64,000 nucleotides of DNA, taken from Geosiphon pyriformis uo1 (lineage: Eukaryota; Fungi; Glomeromycota). Numbering within the stretch: the stretch's first letter is position 1; every line of letters starts with the position of its first letter. The notes below the pieces were generated by a model. The model was given only the letters and a program-made list of their open reading frames with translations, ran no database searches and was not told where the DNA came from. A program made the translations under genes and the position numbers. Below are positions 25,070 through 39,800 of the stretch, piece after piece. The DNA lies in NCBI GenBank assembly GCA_016748015.1, contig JAAOMT010000379.1, forward strand, positions 106,574 to 170,573, read 5' to 3'.

Positions 25070-27430
25070 TGAGTTTTTGTATAAGTTTTGGGTTTTATGT
25101 ATTAATCAAAAATTGCAATAATACTGTACCTTTAACAACATAAGGTAACTGTTACAAAATATTTTTACTGGATTAGATGTAATCACAAGTTGATTTAGTT
25201 AAATCTTGAGAATATAATATTAACTTAATAAGTAGTAAGTAATATAATACAAAAAAATACAAATTGAAAAATTAAATCTGAATTTAATTGGACCATATAA
25301 TACCAACTATTATTAATTTTTATCAGTTTGCTGTTTAAAAACCACACAAATCTTGGTGGCTTACTTTTACAAGTAGAAAGTTTACTATTTGAGAATAAGT
25401 GAGATCTTTTTATTTGTACTTTTGTTGACTGATTACTTGAGGATAAACCAGTAAACAGGATTGTGTTGAAAAAGTTATTGTCTAAAAACAAGCATGACAT
25501 TTTTTTTTTACACTTTCAAGAAATATTCACTGTTTAAAAACCACATAAACAATAAGAATAAAAAAAATTGCCACCAGTTTGCTGTCTAAAAACTACACAA
25601 AACTTAATAACTTACTATTACAAATAGAAAGTTTACTACTTGAAAATAAGTGAAGTTTTTCCACTTGTACTTTTGCCGACTGATCATTTGAAGATAAACT
25701 AATAAACAAGACTGTATTGAAAAGCTTACTGTTTGAAAACAAGTATAATATTTTTTTTTTACACTTTTAGGCATTATTTACTGTTTAAAGATCACATAAA
25801 TAATATTAATAGAGAAAAATTTGTCACTAATTTGTTGTCTAAAAACTACACAAAACTTGGTAACTTACTTTTATAAGTAGAAAGTTTACCATCTAAGGGT
25901 AAATAAAGTCTTTTTACTTGTATTTCTGCCAACTAATTACTTAAAGATAAATTAGTAAACAGGATTGTATTAAAAAAGTTATTGTTTAAGGACAAGTATA
26001 ACATCTTTTTTTTATACTTCCAAGTATTATTTACTGTTTGAAAACTACATTAACAATATAGATAAAAAAAAATTATTGTTTAAAAATTACACAAAACTTA
26101 GTAGCTTATTTTTATAAGTAAAAAGCTCACTATCTAAGAGTAAGTAAAATTTTTTATTTGCATTTCTGCCAACTAATTACCTAAGAATAAACCAGTAAAC
26201 AAAATTGTATTAAAAAAATTATTGTCTGAAAACAAACATAAGATTTTTTTTTACACTTTTAAGTATTATTTACTATTTAAAAACTGCATAAATAATATAG
26301 GTAAAGAAAAAATTATTAATAATTTACTGTTTGAAGACTACACAAAACTTGGTGGCTTATCTTTACAAATAGAAAGTTCACTACTTGAGAGTAAATAAAA
26401 TTTTTTCACTTGTATTTCTGCCAACTGATCACTTAAATGTAAATCAGTAAACAAGATTGTGTTGAAAAGATCACTATTTAAGAATAAGCATGACATTTTT
26501 TTTCACATTTCTAGATATTATTTACTATTTAAAGATTATATGAACAATATAAATAAAGAAAAAATTGCCATTAGTTTGCTGTTTAAGAATTACACAAAAC
26601 TTGGCAGCTTATTTTTACAAATAGAAAGTTTATCATTTAAGAGTAAATAAAGTCTTTCTATTTACATTTCTGCCAATTAATCACTTGAAATAAACTAGTA
26701 AACAGCATTGTATTGAAAAGATTACTGTCTAAAAACAAATATAACATTTCTTCTTTATACTTTTAGACATTATTTATTGTCTGAAAACTATATAGACAAT
26801 GTGAGTAAAAAAAAATTGCCACTAGTTTATTGTATAAAGACTATATAAATCTTAGTAATTTATCTTTACAAGTAAAAAGTTTACCATCTAAGAATAAATA
26901 AAATTTTTTTATTTGCATTTTTGTTAACTAATTACTTGAAAATAAACCAGTAAACAAGATTGTATTGAAAAGATTATTATCTAAAAACAAGCATAATATC
27001 TTTTTTTCATATTTCCAGATATTATCTATTATTTAAAAATTGTATGAACAATATGAATAAAACAAAAATAGAAAAAAACTTATTACCAGTTTGTTGTTTA
27101 AAAACTACACAAAACTTGGCAGCTTTATTTTACAAGTAGAAAGTTTATTACTTGAGAGTAAGTGAGATTTTTTTACTTGTATTTTTGTCAACTAATTACC
27201 TAAAAATAAACCAGTAAACAGGATTGTGTTGAAAAAATCATTGTTTAAAGACAAGCATAATATTTTTTTTTACACTTTTAAACATTATCTATCATTTGAA
27301 AACTGTATAAATAATATGAGTAAAATAAAAATAAAAAAAAACTCACTGCTAGTTTGCTATCTAAGAATTACATAAAGTTTGATGACTTATTTTTACAAAT
27401 AAAAAGTTCACTATTTGAGAGTAAATAAAA
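25070..27430 (-). repeat. ~253-bp tandem array (8-9 units) plus shared flank
   Basis: Marker (t)acaagtagaaagttt at ~25369, 25620, 25874, 26114, 26364, 26617, 26867, 27132 and 27395. Confidence 0.9.
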
Positions 27431-27639
27431 TTTTTAAGCAGTTCTATTACTTAGTTTTTGCTATTTTACAACTTATAGTTAATTATTATATATAGTTTAG
27501 TTTTGTTTTAATTAATATTTACTATAAGTAGAATGTTTTAATTAGAAAAAATTTAAAAACTAAATTGCTTAAAAACTTTTTTAATAAAGCTTTATATTAT
27601 CTATTACTGTATTATTTAAAATTTTTTAAATAGTTGTAG

Positions 27640-29250
27640 ACTGAAAATAAAGTGACTTTAATTATTCTGTTTGCTAATTTTAAAGGTATTTTTAGTCATT
27701 TTATTGATCATTATTTTTTGGATTTACAGACTTTAGATTGAACTTTAGCCAATTTTTTGCAGTATTCTGTTAAGTTAAGAATCAGTTTTGTGAATGATTT
27801 TTTTTCTAAGATGGTAAAAGTTTTTTTGAATAATAAAATTTTATTGACAAACAACTTGTCATGGATGTTTTATAGTCTAAACAGATTTTTAATGTCTAAT
27901 ATCTTGGATAAAGTGGCTTACTATAAGATAATAGTTTTTTGAAATAATTTAGAGTCATTTTTGACAACAGATTTTTGGACAAACATGGTGTTTTAATGTT
28001 TGAAAAAATGTTTTATTAATATAAAAGGCTGAATTTGAAAAGTCTTTTTCTATTTTAATTTGTTGTTGTAGTTAATTTTTTGGGTAAATTAGAATTTATT
28101 GTTGAAAGCAAAATAGATATGTTGGGTTCAATGTTTTATAATATTTTGGATTTGGATAATTTTGGTTTAATTAAAAATTTTTTGCATATAGTTTAAGTTA
28201 ATGTTTTTGATATATATACAGATAGCTCACTTAAACATTTAGGATCATTGAAAATAGTTGGAGGAACAGCTATATACTTCTCAAAGTTAGATATAAGCAT
28301 AAATATTAAAGTTTCTAAAATGTTATTCTTTATTATGACTAAGCTATAGACTTTTGTTTTGGCTTTAGAATATGTGTTTTCTTCTAATATAGTGATTATA
28401 AATCTAGATAGTTAAGTAACTATTAATGTATGTACTTTAAAACTTGGTACTTTTAAACCTAATTTTTGTAACTAGTATTGGATAAAAAAACAAGAATTTA
28501 AATATAGTCTGATTAAAGATCAAAAATTATTTAGGGATTTTTAAGAATGATTAAACTAATAAGCTAACAAAGACTGTTATCTGCTTCTTTTTGTTTTTTC
28601 TTGTTGGAATTTAGAATGTTTCTTGGTGGTTAATAATATAGTTGTATCTGACAATATATATTATTTTGTTTGGAATATTTATAGGGCAATTTTTATTGTA
28701 TATTAAGAAATAAATCTTAATGTCAAGATTATTATTGACTTTTTTGTTTATAATGTTGATTAAGTTAAAACCACTTTGGTTTGGTATTTTAATTCTTATA
28801 TTTTTGCTGGTTTTATTAATAAAACTACAGTCTACTTTAGAATTTATATAATAAAAGCTATTTATAAAAAACTTTCAATTATTATTCATAAGAAGTTATA
28901 TGACAAATTATATTTAGATGTTTTTTGTTTATTTTATGAGGATGTTGAATTTTTGGATTCATTTATTTACATGTTTAAAAATTACAAACTAATAGAGAAA
29001 TTTGATATTAAATTATATTAAATTTTTGTTATCTTTAGCTAACAGAAAAATGTTTAAGTTTTTTTTTGTGTTATGGTCTTTTTTTTTGTCTTTTTAATAT
29101 TAAATTATACATAGTGCTTTTCAAAAACTTTGTTATAAAAATTGGTTTAAAGATGCTTTAGTAATATATATTAATAATATAGTGTCTACAGTATTCAATA
29201 GATTATATATGAGATTGTTAAATAAAGTAGTTTATATACTAAGTATTATT
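27640..29250 (+). mobile_element. Heavily decayed LINE ORF2 fragment (RNase H region)
   Basis: About 28213-28410 translates YTDSSLKHLGS..GGTAIYF...ALEYVFSS..NLDS, homologous to the RNase H at 31271-31615. Boundaries are approximate. Confidence 0.65.
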
Positions 29251-30069
29251 AAATTGATAGTAGTAAATTTTAGCAAATGTTTGCTTTGTGTTTTTTTTTT
29301 AGTATTAATAATAATTTAATTGTACATATAAGTATTTAATGTTGTTTAAATTGGCTCAAATAACTGGTTACATATAATAAATGCATGAGTTGTATTTAGT
29401 TAAAATTATTTAGTTTAATTTTGTATACTAAATAGCAATTAGACTACACTCATTAAATAAAAAAAATTAACCAAATTATTAAATAATTTTATTAACTTAA
29501 TTATTAATTTTTTTAAAGTATAAGCAAAATTTTTTAAAATTATAAATAATATTTATATTTTTTTTATTTTTTTTATTTGTATATTATTAGCTTTTGTAAA
29601 ATATATTAAATTTTTATAAATTCAATTTGCTTATTAATTTGAATTTTTTTTAATTAATTTTTTATTATATAATATTTTTTTTTGCTATTTATTAATATGT
29701 TATTCTAATTTATAATAATATATTTTAATTATTGTAAAATTTTTAAAACAAAAAAAAATATTAAAAATAATTTAATTTAATTTATTGTTGTTTAATATAA
29801 TGTTTTATATTATTTTATTTTAAAAAAATATGACTTTAATAACTTTTAATATTTTTCCCACTTTTAAGTATTAAACTATAGATTTGGTTTAAGTATTTTT
29901 TATATATAATATATTATTTAATAAATCAAAAAAGCTTATTGTTTTTAATTTACTTAAGTATTTATTAAATATTTAATTATTATAAATATGTTTTATGTTT
30001 ATTTTTATTGATGTTTTTTTATAAAATTTTATTTTATTGTTTTATAAACTTCATATTTTATTGCAAATT

Positions 30070-33000
30070 TAACAAGTGCAGCCCAACCACTACTTAAGTA
30101 CATAAAATCAAACAAGATTTCAATTTAGATGTGGGTTATGCATTTTCCACATGTGACTGAATACTCGGTCCAGTCAAAACAGCACTATGTATGTACAAGA
30201 TCTGTCAAAGGAATACTATCTAAGAAACTGAAACCTAAACTAGCAAGGCAAAGATACAAGCCAAAACACAAATGAATACCCAACCTGAAACCGAACTTGC
30301 TGATGGTACCAGCAGCCCATAAGCTCAATAAACCATCAACCAACAATACAGCAGATCCATCTTACAGCAAAAAATTGCACTTTTCATAGAAAGCTCTTAG
30401 TTTAACAGCAGGCAGCCAGATATTTGATCTATAACTCTCAACAATATTACAGACCAACTTGACAATTAAGCTACTGCCAGAAGTCAAACCAAAACACAAG
30501 ACAGCATTTAATACTCAATTCTTTAGCACAAATTCCTTATTCAACAACATATAAAAACTGCCAAAAGACTTAGCCTTACTTAAGAATTGCATTACCCCAC
30601 TACCCAAAGTGGAATCACCAGCCATCTTACATCACTTCATATCAATGTTCGACAGTATATCTAGCCTGGCTACGTCATTGTGCTTACACAAAAACAACTG
30701 ATCAGATTTCTCAACCATTCTGCACCTAATGTACACCACATTAGGATATTTAAGATCATACAATCTTTTCCTCACAGTGACCAGCAGACAACAATACAAA
30801 GACTTTATTAGATAAGACCATAGAGAAGCAGAAAATAAGCTGATATAACCAAAGCAAATCTCATCATCAGGGTGCCAAATACTGAAGGACTTAGATGAGT
30901 TGACGTTACCAGCAAAATTAACATCTACAATGCTGGTTCCAAATTTGGACTCCCAACTGACAAAATTGACAGCATCAAACAATTTCCTAACAAAATGACA
31001 CACATTCCCAGAAACAGGTCTGTCTTCAACACTAAAAAAGCAATATGGCATGCTCAAAAACAAAACAGACTTAGACAAAGTTGCCACGTTCGTAAAAAAA
31101 TTTGCACACTCATTCTTGATAACACCTGAATGTTCTTTGACTTTTCTCCACATGACTGCTAAATTTTTATTTGAAATAACATGATGAATATGCTCTTTCT
31201 CAATCCAGCATTTGCATTAAAAATTAGAATCACAACTATCCATATTGAACTTGCATATATCCAATAATGCCTAACTGTCCGTAAACAAGATAATAGTGCT
31301 AGATTCAAAAACACACTCTAACACTAAAGCAATGGCTTGCAACTCCACCAGTGTAGAGGACAGCAATCCAAGCACTCTCATACCAACACTAATGTTGGCT
31401 TTTAGAAAATAAGCTGCAGCACTACTGTAGACACCAATAGACCCCAAACTTTTAACAGAACTATCTGTGTAAACATCAATGGAACCATGCCTAGTAGCAA
31501 ACAACCACTCAAACACAAAACCAGTATCCCAAACAACATTGGCAAGAGCAGGACAAGATACCACAATCTCATCATTGCTCAAACCACTGAACTTAACAAA
31601 ATTGGAAACTGACACAAACCAAGCAGAAATTAGACTTCTGGAATCAAGTCTTTTCCACCTATGAAGAGTGTTCTAAGTGAAACACACATCATAATGATCT
31701 AACAGTTGATCAGTGAAAACAAGGCCATATCTTTTGAGAGAATTTCTTACAACTAAATAACCACTCATGCCCAACATGTCCAGAATTGGCACACCAGACC
31801 CAGCTCTAAAAACATTAGGGAGGGCACTACTCAAGGAAGTGTTGCACAAAGCAAGAGCATGCATAGCACCAGCTAAAAAACAATTCAAAGGACTAATAAA
31901 CAGTGTGACCAGAAAACGGAGAGGGTGCTGGGGCATCCAGCTGGCTGCCTGTAAGTCCATTGCTCTGTGGTTGAAAAACCTGCCAAGAGCCCCACCCATA
32001 TTGCTAAAATTGACCAGATTGGCCATCAAACTTTCAGTAAACACTTGTTTAAAAAGCTTCAGGCCATACAACATAGGATGATGTAGCGCCACACTAGAAA
32101 AGTCCTTAGACAAATTTGTCTTGAGTTTAAGTCTTTTCTCAGTAACTTGTCTCACTTCTTACAAACACTCTTGGATGCAAAGTTAAATTAAAGTCTGTAG
32201 CAGACAATTGGCTGCAAAACAGCAGAAACTAGATATAAAAATTGTTTCTCAGTAATGGCTTTCCTTAGGACAACATTCGAAAAAAATCTGACATCAGCAT
32301 GGGCCTTGGCGAGACTTGGCTTAGACAACTCCTCAGTAGACAAAAAAATCCCCAAATATTGATGAGAATCACTTTTTTTGGCCACAGAAATCCTTGACCC
32401 ACTAATAAACAGTTCAGCATTCTGAACACCTTGGTTAATAGGAATAGTGATAGTCTTGTCAGCATTTATTGAGATGTCATTAATAGAAAAAAATTCACTA
32501 GCTATGTTTAAAATGTTCTGTGTCATCATTAAGCAGTTTCCAATCCAAATTGTATTATCAACAAAGGCACCTGCAGCAAAGAATGAAGTACTATTACTGC
32601 TCAGATTAGCTTTATCAGACTTAGTATAAAACTTTAAGTACATTTTGTAACCATACAACTGTTCATGTTTCTTAATTTTACATAGCAATGGATTGTAAAA
32701 AATTTGTCACAATAGAGGTGAAAACACCTCCTCTTGATCCAGACCATCATGTACAATATAACTATTAGACAGACCAAAATCTATCATAATCTGATTGAAT
32801 CTCCCATTGTGTATACCACCAAAAAAACTTATGAAGCAAGGACACATCTTAATCCTAATCAAACTATTGTACAGATGGGTCCAACCAACAGAGTCATATG
32901 CTTTGTATATATCTTGAAGAACCAACCACAATTCTTTGTTCTTCTCTAAAGCATCCTTAACAATTGAGCCAACAGCAAAAATAAGAAATTGTGTGGAAGT

Positions 33001-36000
33001 ATCCTTTAGCATTAAGAAGTTGTCACCACACAAGACATCATATCTATTACAAGCCAAGGATATCCTGTCTGAGAGAATTTTAAACAAAATCTTCCATACA
33101 GTCTCAATAAGTGCAATTGGTCTAGTGTTGGTAAGAGTACCTTTCTAATTGTACGGTTTAGAAATCATAGAAACCCAAGATTTCAAACACCTATTGAGAA
33201 TGTTTAAAAGATCATTGAGAGCCAGGGAACCACTATGCTTCCAGAGTTTATTGGGAATTCCAGAAAGCTCAGCAGCTTTGCCATTAGGCAATTTTTTAAC
33301 AACCACCAAAAGTTCATCCAAACTAATATCACACATAACTTCTGAGAACACATCATTGTTAACATAGTCTAATGGAGCATATTAATCAAGCCACTGACTT
33401 AAAAGAATATTAGGGACCAAACATTTCCTCATCCAACTTTCTATTATAGTATTAACTAAAGACTTAACAGCTTGAGGCTCCAAGATAAGCTCATTATCAA
33501 CAATTAAATAATTGAAAACCACCTTCTTGAAGGGCTGATCTAGAATGCTTTTAATCATTCTCTCCTTATCTGAGCAGAAATTTTCCATGTATTTTGCCAC
33601 AGCCACTCTGATAAACTCATCTCTGACAACTCTAAATTCATAATATTTGGATCTGCAGTATTTTTTCTTAACAATTGAAATGTGATACACAATATCCTCA
33701 GTCTTAGTGCCTTCATTAATCATAACCCAAATCTTGAATGCCCTATCAACATTTAAGCCCATCCAAGTGTCAACAAAACAGCCAGTCTCCAAACTTAGGT
33801 CTGTTTTTATATTGTTAACAATCTTGGACATCAACATCTCCAACCCATAAAATCTCGAAGAAGCTCTATTTTTTGTGCTATCAAATTCACTAAACCAAAG
33901 TTTAGAGAAGATCATGTCAGTAGAATCTATTATTACATCTCTGAGAACATTCCACATACCATCTAAATTACCACTATGTTCCACATTGTAAAACACACCT
34001 GACTTCTTCAGAAACTTAGCCGAAAAACACTTCATAAAATGCTCTCAACTATCAGTGTCCACATTTTAGCTTAAATTTCCAGCGATTTTTATTAGCATTC
34101 CTATGAATGCTATCCAAATGCATGTTTAAAAGACCACCCAAACCCACCAATACCAAAACAACTCTATGGTCAGTGTCAAAGAATTCAGTTACAGATTTTA
34201 CTTTACAGCTGGCTGTAACTAAAATCAGACTTCCACTAATAAAAATATGATTAATGATTTTTTCAGCACCTCTCAAGTTGCTCTACATTGATGCATCAGC
34301 CAAAAAATGTCTACCAAAAGAATTGACCAAACCCAAACTCAAACAGAAACTGAAACTTACATTCCTTTTAGACTTGTTCTTATTAAAATTACCACCCAAA
34401 ACAACAAAACTACTGGAATTGACCTCCCGAGCTATGAAAAAATTAATACTGGGCACTTTGTCTAAACCAGTCGCCAGGAGAGACACAGGCATACAAACCA
34501 ACAACCAATACTGAAACCTTGCCTTTGAAAAGGAGACGCACCAAAATAGTGCGACCAGAAACTTCTTCTACCTTAGACACATGTCAAACCAAAAGATTGT
34601 TCATAATTATCACCACCCCAGTCCTAAGGAACCCAATATCCAGACCAGATGTAAAAATGCGTGCTTCATCAAAACTGTTCATAATCTATGATCTAATATT
34701 AGACCTCAATTTTGTTTCCATAATAATAGACACCATATTGCCAGATTCTTTATGCCAATAAACAATGTCTTCCTGCTTAGCAGAAACATTGAAACTCTGA
34801 ACATTGCAAGTAGTAAACTTCCACATTAGCTCTATCATTGAGAAGAGAGAGCATTAGGAACTAAACCAGTATTGTCAATCTTGGCCAAGAGATCTATGAC
34901 CATGATCAAAAGATTCTTTAGAGTTTCTTCTATTTTAGAGACAACCAAAGAGTCACAAACTGTCACTCCTGCTATAGTCTTACCACCAGTGGCTACACCT
35001 GAGCCCTTACTTATTACTATATTTGCCCCTTGATTCTGTGATAAAGGGGTCACCAATGGCTAATGTTCAAGACTAGGCTGAGAAACCATTGGCCCAGATG
35101 AGTCCAATCTTTTAGCCAACTTATCAATGTATTCTACAAGACTGGCAAGACTATGCTCAAGAGCAGCAAACTTATCATTTAATTTCATAGACACCATCAG
35201 AGTAGGTTTCATCTCTGAAGAGAAACCAGAAGAAGCTGATCTATTGTGTACAGAGAAAGGAGAGAATGAAGATCCACCAACAATATTGGCCCATAAGGCA
35301 CCACCAAAAGAAACAAGACAGAAAATTGGGGCAGAGTATTTAGCATAAATGGAAGCCAGTCTGCTTTTATCATCATCTGACAATATCTTGCGAGTTGGTC
35401 TACCAGGAAGAGTCTTCTCATCCACAAAACAATTCAGAAATGTATGATCTAAATTCTCACACTTAGCACACTTAGCAAAATCCATGTAAGACCAACACAG
35501 ATTGGCATCCTTTAAGACAGAAGTGGTTCCTATGACAGCATTAATTGAGGCAGCAGAGTCAAAACAAACAACAGCACATCTGGCCTGGACATATATAACA
35601 GGATGTCAATCAATAACACATGTTTTTTCACTTACAGAACCAATGAAGTCCCAGATATCATGAACATTTGTGCTCATCAGCAATGTATATAGTAAAGCCC
35701 TATGCTGATTCTTTGTATTCTATAATTTCTTGTCTACATTAGTCTTGGCCACCCTCACAGCATTTTTCTTGATTAAGATGGACCATCTAGTTGCGACCAA
35801 ATCAGCCTAATCAAATTGGGCAAATTCAACCACAGCCTTTTGCCATAGCTCTACCAATTGTATTTTGATTGACACAACAGAAAGCACAGTCCACACAGCC
35901 TCAGCTGATGTTTTAACTGGAATTTCTTTCACTACCACAGCCCAATCTGAATGACCAGTTGATTTTTTGAGATCAGTGTTTACTAAAATGTTTGCTGCTC

Positions 36001-36660
36001 TTGCCTTTTCCATCACCTGTGCCAAACTGGCTTTAGAAGTAAAGAAAACACAGATGATTCCAGAAAATTTTGAGGGAATAGAAGCTCCCCCAAAACCATT
36101 GACTTTTGAGAATAATTTTCTGACTACTGCTAGCTTTTCCTGAGAAGATTTTCCAGCCACCTTATCAAGACCAATATCTATAGCAAAAGATTGTCAGACA
36201 GAAACAGTAACCAAATTCTTCAATGGAGGAATAAGTACCAAGAGGACATCCAAGAAAGCATCATCATTTTCATCTTAACCCAAAAAATCTATTTTCCCCA
36301 ATGGCTTGCCCAATGCTTTCATAGTTTTAACATCTGGCCCTTTAGGCATTTGAACATGATCCTTATCAGCAATGTTTTCATTCTCACCATAGTCAAAGCT
36401 AGTTTCTTTTACCAGACATTTTTCTTCTATATCAATGCTTTCAGACTCAGTGGTGTCACCAGTCTCAGAATCTCATGAGTGACTACTTGGTACTTTAGTT
36501 GGCACACCATTTTTACCAATACTCTCTTCCAAACTGATGTCTTTCCTCTTCTTCTTAGACAAAACAGGCTTGAAGTCCCCACTAGCACCAGAATCCTTAG
36601 CAATCTTCTTCATGACGACTATACTAAGGCCAACAGTGGCTTTGAAATCAAAAAACGGTT
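30070..36660 (-). mobile_element. Near full-length decayed non-LTR retrotransposon (LINE): ORF1 plus ORF2 (APE-RT-RNase H-Cys motif)
   Basis: ORF1 from ATG 36613 to 34835 with CAKCENLDHTFLNC knuckle. ORF2 from 34838: APE (TCNV, ETKL, GGNFN, DTDH), RT (QDIYKAYDSV, DQEEVFSPLL, AFVDN, YLGI), RNase H (VYTDSS, ELQAI, TDS, KVKEHSG). Many stops and frameshifts. Confidence 0.93.
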
Positions 36661-36792
36661 TGGTTTTATCTTACTGAATGATGAAAAATATTTCTTTCAA
36701 AAAAAACTTTTTGACTCTTTTTGGAAATTTGGGATGAACAAAAGAAAGAAGTTTTTTATTAAAATATTTTTTATTCATATTTTATGTATTTT

Positions 36793-36796
<4 letters not shown>

Positions 36797-36823
<27 letters not shown>
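36797..36823. repeat. (AAT)n microsatellite
   Basis: Short perfect run. Confidence 0.8.
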
Positions 36824-36826
<3 letters not shown>

Positions 36827-39800
36827 TTATTATTTATATTATATATATTTAAAAAATATGTTTTGTATTTTTTTTAAATTAATTAAAACTCTTTTAGCAA
36901 ATCAGTAATTAAGTTAAAAAAACATTTGATTTTAGTTTTTAGAAAATAATTTTTAATATTTATAATAAAGCTTATTTAAATAAATACAAAAAACAATTAA
37001 TTCAAATTTTACTAAAATTAAATTTTATAATTTAAATTTAAGAGATTTAACTTAAATTTATATTTTTTATAAATAAAGCACTAAATAAAATAACATTATA
37101 CAACTTAAAAAAACAGTACTTTTAATATAAAATATTAAATTAATAAACTAAAATATATAAATTTTGAATACAACAAAAAACTTAAAAATTAGTTTTGATA
37201 ACTATTTTATTAAAAATTTGTTAGATTTAAAAATAATAATAATAAAATATTTATAAGAGCTAGTATTAAAAAATTAAGAAATAAACAAGTTTAATCACTA
37301 ATTTAAAAAACAAATTATTAATTTTAAAAACTATACAATTAGAAAAATTATACAAAACTACAACAGCAAAAGCAAAAACAAAAACCACAAAAATTTTACA
37401 ATTTAAGAATAAAAAAAAATCAACAAACTTAATTTAAATATTAATATTTATAAAAATTTAAAATACAAATTTCATATAAAATAATTTAATATTATCTTTA
37501 ACAATTTATTTTAAACCAATAAATTATTAACTCAAAAAACTTTAAATGTTTAATAAAGTCTTTTTAAATATTATTAAAATTAATTGTATTTTTAAAAAGC
37601 AGAAAAAAAGAAGCTGTTTTTATTTTTATTTTATTATATTAGTTTAATTTTTAAAATTAAGTAATAAAATCTAATTTGCTTTGTTTATAATATTAATAAA
37701 TATTAATAAATATTAATTAAAATTTAATATATTAAATAATTTAGCATGTATTAATTTAAATTAACTTTAATAAAAATGTTTTGTTGTTTTAATTACCTAA
37801 AGCAGTTTCTATATTAAAAAACATTTTTTTGGTATTTTAAAAAATACTGACAAGTTGTTTTTATTTTTAAGTATAGAACTATTAAAAGATTTAAAAAAAA
37901 GTTGTTTTTTTATACTCTTTGCTTTAGATATAATTATAAAATTACAAAAAAAAATATATATATAAAATATTAAAAGTAAAAACTTGTAATTAATTATAAA
38001 AAACGGTTAATTAACTGTTTTGAAACTTGAAAATATTACATAATAGTAAAATTTAAAAACTTAAATTATTATTATTTTTGTAATTTGTTAAAAACAGGTT
38101 TTTTAAAGATGAAAATTATATTTTAATTAACTTTTTATTATTTTTACAAATACAAATACAAAATATCAATTTTTTAATTTTTTATTTAAAAATATAATAT
38201 TTAGTTTAAACTACTATATATATTTTTTGATTTTTACAAACTTAGATAAACAAGTTAAATTATTTTAATAATTAGTTATTTTAAGTTATTAAAAATATTT
38301 TATTTAATTGTTTAATTAAATATAATCTAACTGTTATTTATATTCATAAAATTAATTATCTATAATAGAAACTATTCATGCTTTATTTATATATAACCAG
38401 TTTTTAATTAAAATTATAATATTAGTATTGTATATTAAATTAAATTAAATGTTTTAGAATTTTATTGTTCAATTTTAATAATGATAAAGTTAATGCAAAA
38501 TATATATTAATTTAAAATTCAATTATTAAAACTTTTTAGTAAATTTATAAATTATAATAATAGTTTTTAATGTTTTTTGCTAATAGTATGATTCAACAAT
38601 TAATTATTTTCATAAAGCTCTATTTTTATATATTAGACATAAATTATACAATAACTATATATAATTAGAATATTTTGTTAATACAAACATAATAATATAC
38701 TCATTATACATTATATATTGAGAGTTAAAAATAGTTGATTTTGGCTTTTATTTTTTATTTTATTAAAAAAAACCAAAATTTAAGTTTTTTCGATTGTAAT
38801 ACTTAAATAAATAGTATTGTAAAATATTATAATTGCTGATTAAAATTTAAAAAAAGTTGTCAAATATTATTTTTTAAAATGAAACAATATTAAAATAAGC
38901 CACAAAAAAATCTAATTATAATATTGTTACTATAATTTTATTGTTATATGGTAGATTATAGACAAAAAAAATTTATAAAATATTTTGAATCAGATTTATA
39001 AAAATATTTTTATTGTTTTATTAAATAATACTTTCTTGACTGTTATATTAAACATATATAAAGTTATAGTATATGTTAAAAAATTTACCATATTTTTAAA
39101 AAAAAAATTAGTAGGATTAAATTGAATAAGAGAATATTTTATGTTTTTGATAGATTTTTATAATTTTTATTAACAAACACCAAATATAAAAATCTTTTAT
39201 CAATATTATTTACTTTTATTTTAAAATTTAAAGTTAAATTATACTGATAATTGCTAATTTTAATATTTTATTAGCTAAGATTTTTTTAGTTTATAATATA
39301 AATACATAATTTAGTTCTAAAGTTATTGAATTTTGATAAGTCAATAAAATCAGTTTAATTGAATTATTATTTAGAAACTGGTTTGTTATTTGTTTTGAAT
39401 TTTTTATCTTAATTTATAGATAAGTATTAATGTTGATTTGAGCATTAACATATTGGTAAAAATAAACTCTAAAATTTCAAACCATTTGGTAAATACTTTA
39501 TGTAAACTTTTCAAAATTTTTTAGATATTATATATATTATTTGATATTTAAATATACCAGATAAAACTTAATAATAAAAGTTAATTTATGTTACTAATAT
39601 CAATGTTTTAAATTTTTTATATTAAATTATGTTAACTCTAAGCTTTTTAGTACATTAATATTTAAATTTTAATTAATAATTCGCCAGTTAGGAATATAAA
39701 ATAATCAATATTAAATAGAAAAATATAATATTTATTTAATTAGTGAAAAATTTTTAAGTATAAATACCAATTTGGTTTTTACAACTATTATTAAATATGT

